Shown: positions 16,849 through 27,828, numbered from the stretch's first letter. The stretch: DNA of 39,120 bases from a bacterium (GCA_021157735.1 JAGGVZ010000046.1:1-39120); one strand, 5' to 3'. The notes: generated by a model not told the origin, from the sequence alone. Numbers and translations are program-made.

Positions 16849-17526
16849 TTAAAGAGTTGCCAATAAATTGACAAGGGCTAATTCTAGTTCGGGAATTTCT
16901 CCTTTTCTGTTTTTATATTCCAAAGTAATTAGTTGGGAGTAGAAAGAAACGAGTTTGTCTTCGGGAAACTTTTCTTTTTGAGAAAGAAGTTTCTTTTTCT
17001 GCCAAGGCGGAAGGTTGCTTTTTGGAGAAAGGACAAGAAGCTGATGACAATGTTTTTTAAGGAAATAAAAAACCAGTTCTAGGGGCTGTTCTTTGATAAC
17101 TTTTTGGAAAAGAGGAAGAAAAACAGACTGGTTACCAGGAAAAATGGATTCCAAGAGCTTAAAGATGATTTTGGGTTGGGGAAAATAAAAAGTTTTCAAC
17201 TGGGGGAAGTGCTTTTTTAAAGTCGCAGAAAGACTGGTCTTTTCCTTGTCCCAAAAAATAATCATTTTTTTGGCGGAGAGAAAAGAAAAAAGAACTTCTT
17301 TGTCTTTGGGAGAAAAGCTTTTTAGCTGGTTAATCAAATAGATGTTGGTTTCCGGGAAAAAGGAAAGAGAACGGGCTTTTTCTTGGAAAGAAAGGGGATT
17401 AAAAGAATTTTTTTCGATGCTGACTACTTTTGCTCCCGGTGTTTTTTCTCGCAGCCAAGATAAAAGACTAGAGACCTTGTTTTGCACCAATAAAACATTA
17501 TCGCCATAAACATAAAAAGCCATCAT
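16849..17526 (-). CDS. holA: DNA polymerase III delta subunit-like (divergent, short)
   Basis: N-terminal YVYGDN, SLSFF motif, IFKLLESIF, C-terminal LEYKNRKG...LELAL. Confidence 0.6.
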   Translation of the reverse strand: MMAFYVYGDNVLLVQNKVSSLLSWLREKTPGAKVVSIEKNSFNPLSFQEKARSLSFFPETNIYLINQLKSFSPKDKEVLFSFLSAKKMIIFWDKEKTSLSATLKKHFPQLKTFYFPQPKIIFKLLESIFPGNQSVFLPLFQKVIKEQPLELVFYFLKKHCHQLLVLSPKSNLPPWQKKKLLSQKEKFPEDKLVSFYSQLITLEYKNRKGEIPELELALVNLLATL

Positions 17527-17543
17527 TTTTGTCTCTTTAAAGT

Positions 17544-17801
17544 TTATTCAGTTACTTTGTAGACTAAATCGCCTTCTTTGACCGGTTGTTCTACCTTCAT
17601 CCCTACCGTATCTCCTTTTCTTGCCGTTTGAATTGGCTCGTGTTCTATCTGCATTGAGGTAACCTCTTGAGTAAAGCTATTTCCGTGCCCTTCTATTTTA
17701 ATGGTATCGCCAACAGAAATACTTCCTTCTGTTACCTCTACCACCGCTACCCCAATTTTGTCAAAATAATGAGTAACCTTTCCTACCTGCATATCAGCCA
17801 T
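17544..17801 (-). CDS. Small translation-elongation-factor-like beta-barrel protein (EF-Tu domain II/U32 C-terminal-like)
   Basis: VGKVTHYFDKIGVAVVE...VGDTIKIEG...QEVTSMQIEH...VKEGDLVYK. SD-like GGGGGTGA upstream of ATG 17801. Confidence 0.8.
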   Translation of the reverse strand: MADMQVGKVTHYFDKIGVAVVEVTEGSISVGDTIKIEGHGNSFTQEVTSMQIEHEPIQTARKGDTVGMKVEQPVKEGDLVYKVTE

Positions 17802-17842
17802 TTTTCTCACCCCCTTTCTTAATTAATTCTATCATAATCTTT

Positions 17843-18337
17843 TTAGGAGGTTTTAAGAACGGTTAGCGCATGGCAGATAGCTACCCCCAAAGCATCGGCA
17901 GCGTCATCGAAGTGAGTCTTTTTCTTCGGAGGAGTGCGGAATTTAAGGAGTCGTTTAACTGTTTTTTTCATCTCCTCTTTTTTTGCCCAGCCATTTTGCG
18001 TTACTACTGATTTTATTTTTAAAGGTGCATATTCGAAAATCTTTAAAGCATTGTTAACGGCAGCAAGACGAATTACCCCAATTGCCTCACTCACCCTCAT
18101 AGCTGTTTTAGCGTTGTTGTAAAAAAAGAGTTTTTCAATGGCCATTATTTCTGGTTTTTGCTCTTTGATAATAAACTCTGTTTGTTGGTAAATACTTTGG
18201 AGACGAATGTTAGGATCAATGTCTTTGGAGGTCGTTATCCAGCCAAACTTGACTAGCTTGATTTCTCCTTTAGAATTGACATCAATGACGCCGAATCCGG
18301 TTGTTGCTGTTCCCGGATCAATGCCTAGAATTCTCAT
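17843..18337 (-). CDS. ruvC: Holliday junction resolvase RuvC
   Basis: MRILGIDPG, AIEKLFF, EYAPLKIK, DDAADALGVAICH. Start reassigned to ATG 18337. Confidence 0.95.
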   Translation of the reverse strand: MRILGIDPGTATTGFGVIDVNSKGEIKLVKFGWITTSKDIDPNIRLQSIYQQTEFIIKEQKPEIMAIEKLFFYNNAKTAMRVSEAIGVIRLAAVNNALKIFEYAPLKIKSVVTQNGWAKKEEMKKTVKRLLKFRTPPKKKTHFDDAADALGVAICHALTVLKTS

Positions 18338-18382
18338 TGTTGAATATAGTATAATTAATCTGATTAAAAGGAACAAGAGCAA

Positions 18383-18454
18383 GCCGCTATCGTCTATCGG
18401 CTAGGACGCCACCCTTTCAAGGTGGCAAGGCGGGTTCGACTCCCGCTAGCGGCA
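18383..18454 (+). tRNA. tRNA-Glu(TTC)
   Basis: Acceptor GCCGCTA/TAGCGGC, anticodon arm CCACC-CTTTCAA-GGTGG, GGTTCGACTCC. Confidence 0.95.
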
Positions 18455-18455
18455 C

Positions 18456-18484
18456 AAAAAAGACTCGCGGAGGAATTACTCTGC
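18456..18484 (-). terminator. Possible weak terminator hairpin between convergent tRNA-Glu and rplS
   Basis: Imperfect inverted repeat GCGGAG (18467-18472)/CTCTGC (18479-18484) near A6 at 18456-18461 (T-tract on the minus strand). Confidence 0.3.
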
Positions 18485-18507
18485 TGGAAAAGGAGAAAAA
18501 AGAAAGG

Positions 18508-18804
18508 TTATTTTTTCTTTCTTAGGAAGTAGAGTTTGCTTCTTCTGATTTTGTTGCGGATTTTTCCGACTACTTTAAGGCTACTAATCCAAGGAGAATT
18601 AAGGGGAAAAATTCTTTCTATTCCAATATTTCCTTCGCCGATTTTTCGCACCGTAAACATTTTGTTGTCCCCCTCTCCTCTAATCTTAATTACCGTTCCC
18701 TGAAAAGGCTGGACGCGCTTTTTCCCTCCTTCTTCAATAATGTAGTTTATTTTGACAACGTCCCCCACCTTAAAACTGGTATCTTTCCATTTTGCTTGAT
18801 TCAT
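18508..18804 (-). CDS. rplS: 50S ribosomal protein L19
   Basis: FKVGDVVK, RVQPFQGTVI, FTVRKIG..IGIERIFPLNSP, RRSKLYFLR. Confidence 0.95.
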   Translation of the reverse strand: MNQAKWKDTSFKVGDVVKINYIIEEGGKKRVQPFQGTVIKIRGEGDNKMFTVRKIGEGNIGIERIFPLNSPWISSLKVVGKIRNKIRRSKLYFLRKKK

Positions 18805-18838
18805 AGCGGTAATATTGTAGCATTGCTTTTGGGAAAAC

Positions 18839-21800
18839 TCAATGAGAATTATTACCGCTTTTAAGGATTGTCTGAATAGCTTTTTCTAGTTCTTCGCTAT
18901 AATTTACTCCTCCATTGAACCTGATTGTCTTTCCGTTGGGAAATTCAATAATGCAAGGAGTTTTCCCGGGGTTGTTTTTCAAAAGGGTGTTGAGCCTCAC
19001 TAAGGATTGGGTGCTAAACCCAGGAGGAATTTTAATTACCAAACTGGAGTCTTCTTTAAAATCTTTGGGGTGAACAATTTTTTCTGCAATCAAGGAAACA
19101 CGATCCTCTCTTCTGTCCACCTTTCCCTCAACCAAAATTAGTTGGTTGTCCTGAAGGAGTTCTTTTACTTCTTGGAAAATTTTAGGGAAAACCACGGTCT
19201 CGATTTGTCCGGTGTCGTCTTTAATCTGGACAAAAGCCATTTCTTCATTAGTTCTTCGGGTGACTGTTGTTTTCACCCGAAGAATAATTCCCACTACTCT
19301 GGTTCGACCACTGGTTTCCTCACCGTCCAGTTGGCTAATGGAATGAAAAGCAAGTTTTTTGTATTGGTTTATTTGCTTTTGAAGAGGATCTTCAGTGAGG
19401 TAAAATCCGAAAAGTTCCTTTTCAAAACTTAAAATTTCTTGAAGAGAAAATTCTTCTACTTCAGGAAGAGAAACAGCCATTGGCTGGGGATTGCTATTGC
19501 TGTTTTCTGAAGAATTCCCCTGATCGAACAGGCTGGTTTGTCCCGAGGCTTCTTGCCGTTGTTTCTCCTCTGCTCTACTCCTCACCTGGTCCAGAACCAT
19601 CAGTAAAGCCGCTCTTTTTCCAAAGCGATCCATTGCTCCTGCCTTAATTAAGCTTTCAATTACCTTTTTGTTTATTTTTTGGGTGTTGGTCCGCTGGCAG
19701 AAATCAGCTAAAGAACTGTACGGTCCCCCTTTCTCTCTGACTTGGAGGATTTCCTCTATTGCTGCCTCGCCGACATTTTTTATTGCCGAAAGTCCAAATC
19801 TAATTGCCAGTCCTTCTTTTGATTCCGGGTCCTTTTCAATAGTAAAGCCTTCATGGGAGAGGTTGATATCGGGGGGAAGAACCTTAATCCCCATCCGTCG
19901 GCACTCCTGAATTGCCAGGGGAATTTTAACATCTTTTGCTTGTTGGGTACCAGAACTAGCTTCGGCAGTAAGCAGGGCGGCCATAAATTCTACCGGATAG
20001 TTGGCTTTCATCCAGGCTGTTTGGTAGGCAATCATCGCGTAAGAAACAGAATGGGCTTTGTTAAATCCGTAGCCAGCAAATTTTTCTATTAAAGACCAAA
20101 CGTTTTCGATTACCTTCTTATCATATCCTCTTTCTAAGGCTCTTTTGGTGAACCTCTCTTTTTCCTTTTTCATTAACTCTATCTTTTTCTTCCCAATAGC
20201 CCGGCGGAGGATATCGCCTTCTCCGAGGGTATATCCGGCCATTACCTGGGGGATTTCCATACACTGTTCTTGGTAAACGGCAATGCCATAGGTTTCGGCA
20301 AGAACTTTTTCTAAATCTGGATGGGGATAAGTGATAGTGCGAGGGTTTTTCTTGCCCCTGATAAAATCATCAATAAATTGCATTGGTCCTGGCCGGTAGA
20401 GAGCGACCATAGCAGCAAGATCAGAGAATCGTGAGGGGCGGAGCTTTCTTGCCACCCTTCTCATTCCCTCACTTTCCAGTTGGAAAACACCGGTAGTTTC
20501 CCCTCGGGAGATCATTTCGTATACTTTTTTGTCGTCAAGAGGGATTTCTGAAATATCCACATCTATTCCCCGGGTGGCTTTTACGAATTGATGAGCTTTT
20601 TCCAAAATAGTTAAATTCCGCAATCCCAAGAAGTCCATTTTTAAAAGGCCAACAGCGTTGTCCGAGACATTCAAATCTAGAGAGTACATATCATATTGGG
20701 TGGTGATTCCTCCCCCCTTGCTATCTAATTGAAGAGGAGTATAGTTAACTAGTGGTTTATCAGAAATGACTACTCCGGCTGCATGAGTAGAGGCGTGACG
20801 CGCTACCCCGGTAAGTTTTTTGGCCAGGTCAAGAATTTTTCTTACATCAGGGTCGCTTTCATAGGCAGATTTTAGCTCGGGATTTTCCTCCATCGCTTGG
20901 TCGATAGAAATTTTCTTCCCCGGAGCGGCTGGGATCATTTTGGCAATTCTGTCCCCTACTGAATACGGATGCCCTAAAGCCCGAGCTACATCTCTGATTG
21001 CTAATCGAGACTCCATCGTTCCAAAAGTGATAATTTGGGCCGTGTGGTCTTCACCATATTTTTTCCGGACATATTCAATCACCTCATCGCGACGATCATC
21101 AGGAAAGTCAAGATCAATATCAGGAGTTGATTTTCTTTCCGGATTTAAAAATCGTTCAAAAGGCAGTTTATGGTAGAGAGGATCGATAGAAGTAATTCTT
21201 AAAATATAAGAAACGATAGATCCGGCCGCACTTCCCCTTCCCGGCCAACGCGAATCCCTTGGCTTTTTGCCCAGTTAACCAGATCCTGAACGATGAGAAA
21301 ATACTCCGCGTAACCCATTTTGATAATAATATCTAGCTCGTACTCCACTCTTTCTTTTACCTCTTTGGTGATTTTTTTATACCGCAAAGGCAGTCTTTCA
21401 TAAGTTAATTTGCGCAGGTAAGATTCCGCTGTTTCTCCTTCCGGGAGAGGAAACGAAGGATAGACTTTTTGCCCTAGGGGAATTTCCAAGTTACACTTTT
21501 CCGCTATTTCCTGGGTATTTTTAATTGCCTCGGGATAATCTTTGAAGATTTCTGCCATTTCTTCAGGAGAACGAAGATAAAAATCAGGAGAATTAATCAT
21601 ACTTAAGCGGTTGGGGTCATTTACTGTTTTTTGAGTTTGGATGGCCAGAAGGACATCTTGGGCCTCGGCGTCTTCCGGTTCAATATAGTGGGAATCATTG
21701 GTAGCTACTAAGGGAATTCCTAATTCTCGAGAAAGTTGGATGATTCCTTTATTAGCAATTTCTTGCCGAGGAATTTTGGGGTGGTGCTGGATTTCAAGAT

Positions 21801-22323
21801 AAAAGTCATCGCCAAAGATTTCCAAAAATTCTTTTGCCTTTTCTTTTGCCTTTTCGTATTGGTTTTGGATAATTAACGAGGGAATTTCTCCCTCAAGACA
21901 GGCAGTGGAGGCAATAAGTCCTTTGTGGTATTCTTTTATCAATTCCATATCGGCGCGGGGTTTATAATAAAATCCTTCCAAATGGGCCTTGGTGACAATT
22001 TTCATTAAATTGCGATACCCTTCCAAGTTTTTAGCCAAAAGAACTAGATGAAAGTTGTCACTATCCACTTTAGTCTCTTTGTCAAAGCGAGACCGGCGGG
22101 CGACATAGATTTCGCAGCCAATAATCGGTTTTATTCCCTCTTCTTTACAAGTGTTGTAGAACTTTATTGCTCCATACATCGCCCCATGATCAGTAAGAGC
22201 AAGGCTCTTCATTCCTAGTTCTTTAGCTTTGGCAACTAAAGGTTTTATTTTGGAAAGGCCGTCCAAGAGAGAATACTCGCTGTGGACATGGAGATGAGTA
22301 AACTCAACTTTCTTTTTTGCCAT
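18839..22323 (-). CDS. dnaE: DNA polymerase III alpha subunit, one gene interrupted by a 1-nt frameshift near 21243
   Basis: PHP domain (HLHVHSEYSLLDG) in ORF 21199-22323. Adding one C restores VGPGRGSAAGS...PDIDLDF, continuous with ORF 18839-21082 (HAAGVV, YGFNKAH, OB fold), giving about 1161 aa. Confidence 0.93.
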
Positions 22324-22357
22324 CTCTAAATTAATTCTAGCGAAAATTCTTTATCAT

Positions 22358-23680
22358 TCAAGAGAGGCTTTTTAGCTCTTGGATGATTAACTGGGCCGCT
22401 AGTTTAGGGTCAGCTTTTCCTTTGGCTTTTTTCTGGACCTGGCCGATAAGAAATCCTACTACTTGGGTTTTGCCTTTTTGGAAATCTTCTACTGCTTTAG
22501 GCTGCTCTTTAATTACCTCTTTTATTAATTCTGCCATTTTCTCTTTGTCTAAAGAATACTGGTTCTGGGCCTTTTTAAGGGAGGCAATAATTTCCTTTGG
22601 AGTTTTGTTTCTCATTTGGGCCTGGTTGACAAGTAAACTGGCGATTTGTTTGGGAGTGAATTCTTTTTTGCCTAAAAGCACCGCTTGATAAAAGTTGGCT
22701 ATTAACTTTTTACTTTTTAAAAGTGTTTCAAACCAAACCGGAGGAATTTCCCACGCTGTTAATTTTTCCTCCCATTCCCATGGTAATTGGGGGAGGGAGC
22801 TTTTAATTTCTTTTATTTCTTCTGGGGAGAATTCAAAAGGAGGGATATCTGGTTCGGGAAAGTAACGATAATCCTTGGCAACCTCTTTGCTTCGTTGAGA
22901 AAAAGTTACTCCTCTCTCCGGGTCAAATCCTCGCGTTTCTTGTTTGGGGATTTTTCCTTGTTTGAGAATTTCTACTTGCCGATTTATTTCATATTCAATC
23001 GCTTTTTCTACAAAACGAAAAGAATTTAAATTTTTGACCTCTACTTTATAAGTTGGTAGGCCAGTTTCTGTTTGTCTTTGGACAGAGATGTTAGCCTCTA
23101 GTCTCATTGAACCTTTTTCCATATCGCAATCAGATACTTCCAGCCAACGAAGCACCTGCTGAAGCCTTTTAAGATAAGCTTTTGCTTCTTGAGGGGAATG
23201 GAGGCATGGCTGGGTAACGATTTCCACAAGGGGAACGCCGCTCCGGTTATAGTCAATTAAGGTTTCTTCTCCCTGATGAATTAGCTTTCCCGTATCTTCT
23301 TCCAGGTGGACGTTGTCAAGAAAAATTTTCTTTTTTTGGTTATTGATAAGAACGGGGACATATCCTTTTTCTCCAATAGGGCGAAAGTGCTGGCTAATTT
23401 GGTATCCCTTTGGCAAATCAGGATAAAAGTAATTTTTCCGGTCAAACCAAAATTGGCGGTTTATTTGGCAGTGAAAAGCGGTCGCAATAAGAATAGTTTG
23501 TTTAATTGCTTCTTGGTTAGGGACAGGGAGGGCCCCTGGAAGTCCTAAGCAGATAGGGCAAACATGAGTATTAGGAGGTTCTCTAAAATGGCGGTTGGGG
23601 CAGGAGCAAAACATTTTGCTTTTGGTTTTTAGCTCCACGTGGACTTCAAGACCGATGATTGGCTGCCAGGATGAGTTCAT
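22358..23680 (-). CDS. gatB: Asp/Glu-tRNA amidotransferase subunit B
   Basis: IGLEVHVEL, CLGLPGALP, RKNYFYPDLPKGYQISQ, YRYFPEPD. Confidence 0.97.
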   Translation of the reverse strand: MNSSWQPIIGLEVHVELKTKSKMFCSCPNRHFREPPNTHVCPICLGLPGALPVPNQEAIKQTILIATAFHCQINRQFWFDRKNYFYPDLPKGYQISQHFRPIGEKGYVPVLINNQKKKIFLDNVHLEEDTGKLIHQGEETLIDYNRSGVPLVEIVTQPCLHSPQEAKAYLKRLQQVLRWLEVSDCDMEKGSMRLEANISVQRQTETGLPTYKVEVKNLNSFRFVEKAIEYEINRQVEILKQGKIPKQETRGFDPERGVTFSQRSKEVAKDYRYFPEPDIPPFEFSPEEIKEIKSSLPQLPWEWEEKLTAWEIPPVWFETLLKSKKLIANFYQAVLLGKKEFTPKQIASLLVNQAQMRNKTPKEIIASLKKAQNQYSLDKEKMAELIKEVIKEQPKAVEDFQKGKTQVVGFLIGQVQKKAKGKADPKLAAQLIIQELKSLS

Positions 23681-24917
23681 TGCCTCTTTTGAGAATAAAA
23701 CCTCCCAAGAAAAGAATCAATAACCCCATAAAGGCAAGAAAGAGACGGACGCTAATAAGATCAGTAAGCATGGCGGTAAAAATACTTGGAGGAATAACTG
23801 CGAGAGTCATTAAAAAGTCCAAAGTACCAAAAACTCTTCCCCTTACCTCCAAGGGAGTATTTTCTTGGATGAATGCTTGACAAGGGGCATAAGCGATAGA
23901 GGCGGAAAGGCCAATGATAAAAGAAAAGAGAGGGGCCAACAGAACCCTTCCTCTAGGAAGAGAGGGAAGAAGGAGGGAAAAGAGAGTGATAAAAGCTCCC
24001 ATAGAAGTCAGTCCTCCGGCAATCCACCCCTTTTTTCTTAATTTAAACTGATGGCGGGTTAAGATTAGTGTTCCTCCTACAATACCACAAGCAAGAGGAA
24101 AAACAACCAGATAACTGGCGTCATAAGGGGTAAGTTTAAGAATTTCACTGGAAATGCTCGGGATGAGAAGAGCGCTGGTAGTGGTGACGACCCGAAAAAG
24201 AAGAGCGAGGCCAAAGCTGTAAAGCAGAAGAGGACAAGTGATTAGAAATTGATAACCCTCTTTTATTTTACTCACCACGCCGTCAAAGAAACTTTGAAAT
24301 CCTTCGATAGTAGCCGCGGGGATATCGTGGGGGAGCAAAGCGGCACTAAGCCCGGAGAGAATAATCACGGCGGCGGCGATAAAGACTACCTTCACAGGAG
24401 TAAAAAGCCGCGTTAAAATTCCGCTTAAACCTGAGCCAAGGATGAAAGAGGCTTGATCGGTAAAAAGGAGAATATTGTTAGCAACGACCAAATTTTTTTT
24501 CTTAACAATAGCAGGAATAGCCGCAAGTTCCGCAGGGTTATTAAACTGGTTGACCACGGAGTAGAAAAAAATAAAGCCGTAAACTAAATATTTTTTCCCC
24601 AAATAGAAAGAAAGACCGTAAATTAAAGTTAAAAGTGCTTGGATAACGTTAGTGTATACCAAGGTACGTTTTTTGCTCCAACAATCTACCAAAGATCCGG
24701 AGAAAGGACCAATTAAGAGAGTAGGCAGAATATATCCAACCCAAACCATTCCTATCGCTACCGTAGAACGGGTAATTTCAAAGGTTCTTCCCAAGATAAG
24801 AAAGAGAAGAATATAATTGGCAATTTGAGAAAAAAAGTGAGAAGCCCAAAGACGGGCAAAATAGCGTTTTTCTTTGCGGCTGAATCTTTTTTTCCAATTA
24901 ATCTTTCCCTTTTTCAT
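23646..24917 (-). CDS. MFS transporter (DHA3/macrolide-efflux-like)
   Basis: About 12 hydrophobic segments; GSLVDCWSKKR (motif A), PAELAAIPAIV, QENTPLEVRGRVFG. Start set at ATG 24917. Confidence 0.85.
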   Translation of the reverse strand: MKKGKINWKKRFSRKEKRYFARLWASHFFSQIANYILLFLILGRTFEITRSTVAIGMVWVGYILPTLLIGPFSGSLVDCWSKKRTLVYTNVIQALLTLIYGLSFYLGKKYLVYGFIFFYSVVNQFNNPAELAAIPAIVKKKNLVVANNILLFTDQASFILGSGLSGILTRLFTPVKVVFIAAAVIILSGLSAALLPHDIPAATIEGFQSFFDGVVSKIKEGYQFLITCPLLLYSFGLALLFRVVTTTSALLIPSISSEILKLTPYDASYLVVFPLACGIVGGTLILTRHQFKLRKKGWIAGGLTSMGAFITLFSLLLPSLPRGRVLLAPLFSFIIGLSASIAYAPCQAFIQENTPLEVRGRVFGTLDFLMTLAVIPPSIFTAMLTDLISVRLFLAFMGLLILFLGGFILKRGNELILAANHRS

Positions 24918-26301
24918 ATTGGTAGGCAATTTGCAAAACCAACTCTTCTTTTTTCTGTCCGGCAATTATTTGCAAGCCAACGGGCAGTTTTTGCGGAGAA
25001 GCACAGTTAATACTTATTCCCGGCAATCCCGCCAGACTACTTGCTTCTACCAGCACATCTTGTTTTTCTCCAAACATCGGTTCATCTTTTCCTTGTCCTA
25101 GTTTAAGGGGTAGATAGGGTGATGTTGGTGCCACTAAAGCATCCACTTGAGAAAATATTCTTTCGAAATCTTGGCAGATAAGTTTTCTTACTTTTTGGGC
25201 TTTGGCGTAATACCGATCATAATAGCCGGCAGAAAGAACATAAGTTCCCAACATGATTCTTCTTTTTGCTTCTTTGCCAAAAAATTCTCGAGAACGGCCG
25301 TATCTAATGCCGTCATATCGGGCTAAATTTGAGGAAACTTCGGCTCTTTGAATAATGGTATATACAGCAATTGAATATTTAGGATTTAGGACAGAGACTT
25401 CTTTCATGCGAAAACCAATTTTCTTTAAGGTTTTGATTGCTCTTTCTACTGCCTCCTTTACTTCTTTTTCCATTTCGGGAAGAAAGTATTCTTTAGGAAT
25501 TCCTAAAGTAATTTTTGAGGGAGAAATTTGCTCAAGACTTTCTTCGTAGTTGGGGACGGGATTAGGAAGAGTAGTCGCGTCGCGAAGGTCTTTTCCAGCA
25601 ATGACCCTCAGTAGTAAAGCAGCATCAGCTACTGTTTTAGTGATGGGACCAGGAGAATCCAAAGAAGAAGCCATGGCGATTAGTCCCCATCGGCTGACCC
25701 GCCCATAGGTAGGTTTTAATCCCACTACGCCACACCATGCTGCCGGTTGACGAATAGAACCAGCTGTTTCTGAACCTATTGCGGCAATCGTTTGATGGGC
25801 AGCTACCGCCGCGGCACTTCCTCCTGAGGAGCCACCGGGAACACGACTTAAATCATGGGGATTTTTGGTGGGGCCAAAATCAGAGGTTTCAGTAGAAGAG
25901 CCATGAGCCCAAGCATCCATATTAGTTTTTCCGATAATAATAGCTCCCGCTTTCTTTAATTTTTCTACTACGGTCGCATCATAAGGAGGAACAAAATTTT
26001 CTAAAATCTTGGAAGCAGCGGTAGTTTTTATCCCTTTTGTACAAAAATTATCCTTGACAGCGACAGGGATACCGAACAAGGGTTTCTTTTCCGTAATTTT
26101 TGGATTTTCTTTTAAGATTTGTTCAAATTTTTTTGCTTTTTCAAGAGCCCTTTTTTCACAAACAGTAATAAAAGCATTAATTTTTTTATCTGTTTGTTTT
26201 ATTTGCTCCAAACAGCTTTTTACCAACTGGGTGATAGTCAATTTCCCTTCTTTTATTTTTTCTCTTGCCTCAATAATGGTAAGTTCGTTTGGTTTTTTCA
26301 C
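24898..26301 (-). CDS. gatA: Asp/Glu-tRNA amidotransferase subunit A
   Basis: AVKDN, GKTNMD, PGGSSGGSAAAV, GSIRQPAAWCG, SSNLARYDG. GTG start at 26301 just after the gatC stop. Confidence 0.95.
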   Translation of the reverse strand: MKKPNELTIIEAREKIKEGKLTITQLVKSCLEQIKQTDKKINAFITVCEKRALEKAKKFEQILKENPKITEKKPLFGIPVAVKDNFCTKGIKTTAASKILENFVPPYDATVVEKLKKAGAIIIGKTNMDAWAHGSSTETSDFGPTKNPHDLSRVPGGSSGGSAAAVAAHQTIAAIGSETAGSIRQPAAWCGVVGLKPTYGRVSRWGLIAMASSLDSPGPITKTVADAALLLRVIAGKDLRDATTLPNPVPNYEESLEQISPSKITLGIPKEYFLPEMEKEVKEAVERAIKTLKKIGFRMKEVSVLNPKYSIAVYTIIQRAEVSSNLARYDGIRYGRSREFFGKEAKRRIMLGTYVLSAGYYDRYYAKAQKVRKLICQDFERIFSQVDALVAPTSPYLPLKLGQGKDEPMFGEKQDVLVEASSLAGLPGISINCASPQKLPVGLQIIAGQKKEELVLQIAYQYEKGKD

Positions 26302-26302
26302 C

Positions 26303-26593
26303 TTATTCTTCCCAACGAATTCGGGGAACAACAAAATAACCGTCTCTTTTTTTAGGAGCGTTCTCTAAGACTTTGCTGGGACTGAGGCTTTCTTGAACTT
26401 TATCTTCTCGGCTGACGTTTTTGAGGTCAAGAGAACCAAAAGCGGGAGGAATTTTGGTGGTATCTATTTCTTTTAAAATATTAATATACTCAATAGTTTC
26501 TTTAAGCTGTTTTGCAAGTTTTTCCTTTTCTTCTTTGATTTTGAGGTGAGCCAATTTAGCTAAGTGGTTGATGGTAAGACTTTTCTTTTTCAT
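26303..26593 (-). CDS. gatC: Asp/Glu-tRNA amidotransferase subunit C
   Basis: HLAKLAHL, NVSRED, LENAP...GYFVVPRI; directly upstream of gatA. Confidence 0.93.
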   Translation of the reverse strand: MKKKSLTINHLAKLAHLKIKEEKEKLAKQLKETIEYINILKEIDTTKIPPAFGSLDLKNVSREDKVQESLSPSKVLENAPKKRDGYFVVPRIRWEE

Positions 26594-26605
26594 CTTTTAA
26601 TTATA

Positions 26606-27742
26606 CTACACCTTACCAAAAAACCTTTCTGCTTTAAAGAGGAGATTTGTCTTCTCTTTCTGGAGAATACCAGGAGTATTCTTAACAGCTTTTTCGATAA
26701 TGGCTAAAGTTTGATCATAAATTTGCCGGTTAACAAAATAGGGAGTGCCATCTTTCCCTCCGTGGGCAAAAGTGTAGCGGGCGGGATCTTGGTATGAGGG
26801 TTTAGCGCCATAGATAATTTCTGCTACTAGAGAAATAGCCCGGATGGTTTTGGGTCCTACACCAGGAGTCATAAGCAGTTTTTCAAAATTAGTTGGTTGA
26901 GCAATTAAAGCCTGATTGATTGCCCGTCTAAATTGAGGTGATTCAAGAGACAATAAAGTTTCTCTTTCTACGGGGTGATGGTGAAATTCTGTTCCTGGTA
27001 AGGATAAAAATTTAAATTGCCAATCCTTTGTCTTGACAGTGAGGATTTTTAAATCCCGCAGAAAAGTCTTTGGTTTCCGGACAAGTTGAACCGCCACTTG
27101 GCGGTTGGCCCGACTTTTTTTAGAGGTTAGGTTGAGTACCGTAGGTAAGAATATTTGCGAACTGATGCCACTATGAGGTTCTTCAATAAATTTCTTTTTA
27201 GTATCCCCCAGCCAGTGATATCTTCTTGCTCGTCCCCGAGAAATATTCATCCCTTGTTGAATTACTGTCCACTTTCCTGTTTTGGTAAAAATGAAATTAT
27301 GGTGGTAAAGTTGAAAGCCATCTTGAATTAAAGCACTATCTACTTTAGCAGCTGCTCGGGAAGAATATTCTAATCTTTTCACTACTTTTTCATTTAATCC
27401 TAAGCGCCAGCCCCAACTGTTAATTTCTTCTGGCGTTTTCCGGGAGGTTTTCCCTTTTCCTCCACAGATGAAAACACCCAAGTCTTTCTCCAGTCCCTGA
27501 AAAGCAACCTTTAAAGCTCCCAAAGTAGTGGTGGTTAATCCTGAAGCATTCCAATCGAAAGCCAAAACACAACCCAATGACTGGAACCAAACTGGATCAG
27601 CCAGCCTTTTCAAAAACTCTTCTGGCCCAAATTCTCTAATAATGGCAATTCCAATTGCCCGGGCCAGCCGGACCATTCGCCCAAACAGCCATCGTGGACA
27701 CCGTCCATAGTCTAAAGTAAACTCCGCAACCCCAGTACGCAT
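26606..27742 (-). CDS. DUF763 family protein with a C-terminal HhH-like motif
   Basis: PRWLFGRM, RLADPVWFQSLGC..DWNASGLTT, AKVDSALIQDGFQLYHH, QQGMN, PGVGPKT, FAHGGKDGTPY. Confidence 0.85.
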   Translation of the reverse strand: MRTGVAEFTLDYGRCPRWLFGRMVRLARAIGIAIIREFGPEEFLKRLADPVWFQSLGCVLAFDWNASGLTTTTLGALKVAFQGLEKDLGVFICGGKGKTSRKTPEEINSWGWRLGLNEKVVKRLEYSSRAAAKVDSALIQDGFQLYHHNFIFTKTGKWTVIQQGMNISRGRARRYHWLGDTKKKFIEEPHSGISSQIFLPTVLNLTSKKSRANRQVAVQLVRKPKTFLRDLKILTVKTKDWQFKFLSLPGTEFHHHPVERETLLSLESPQFRRAINQALIAQPTNFEKLLMTPGVGPKTIRAISLVAEIIYGAKPSYQDPARYTFAHGGKDGTPYFVNRQIYDQTLAIIEKAVKNTPGILQKEKTNLLFKAERFFGKV

Positions 27743-27828
27743 TTCTTTTTCATTTTATCACTAGTCTCAGGTCTGTAGAAAAAGCCCGTTCTTCATTGAA
27801 ATCTCTTGTCAATCTGCTTCTTTTGTGG

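Noticed and set aside
18839-22323. Naturally split DnaE with a trans-splicing intein
   Set aside because: No intein motifs; the two halves join seamlessly with one added base.
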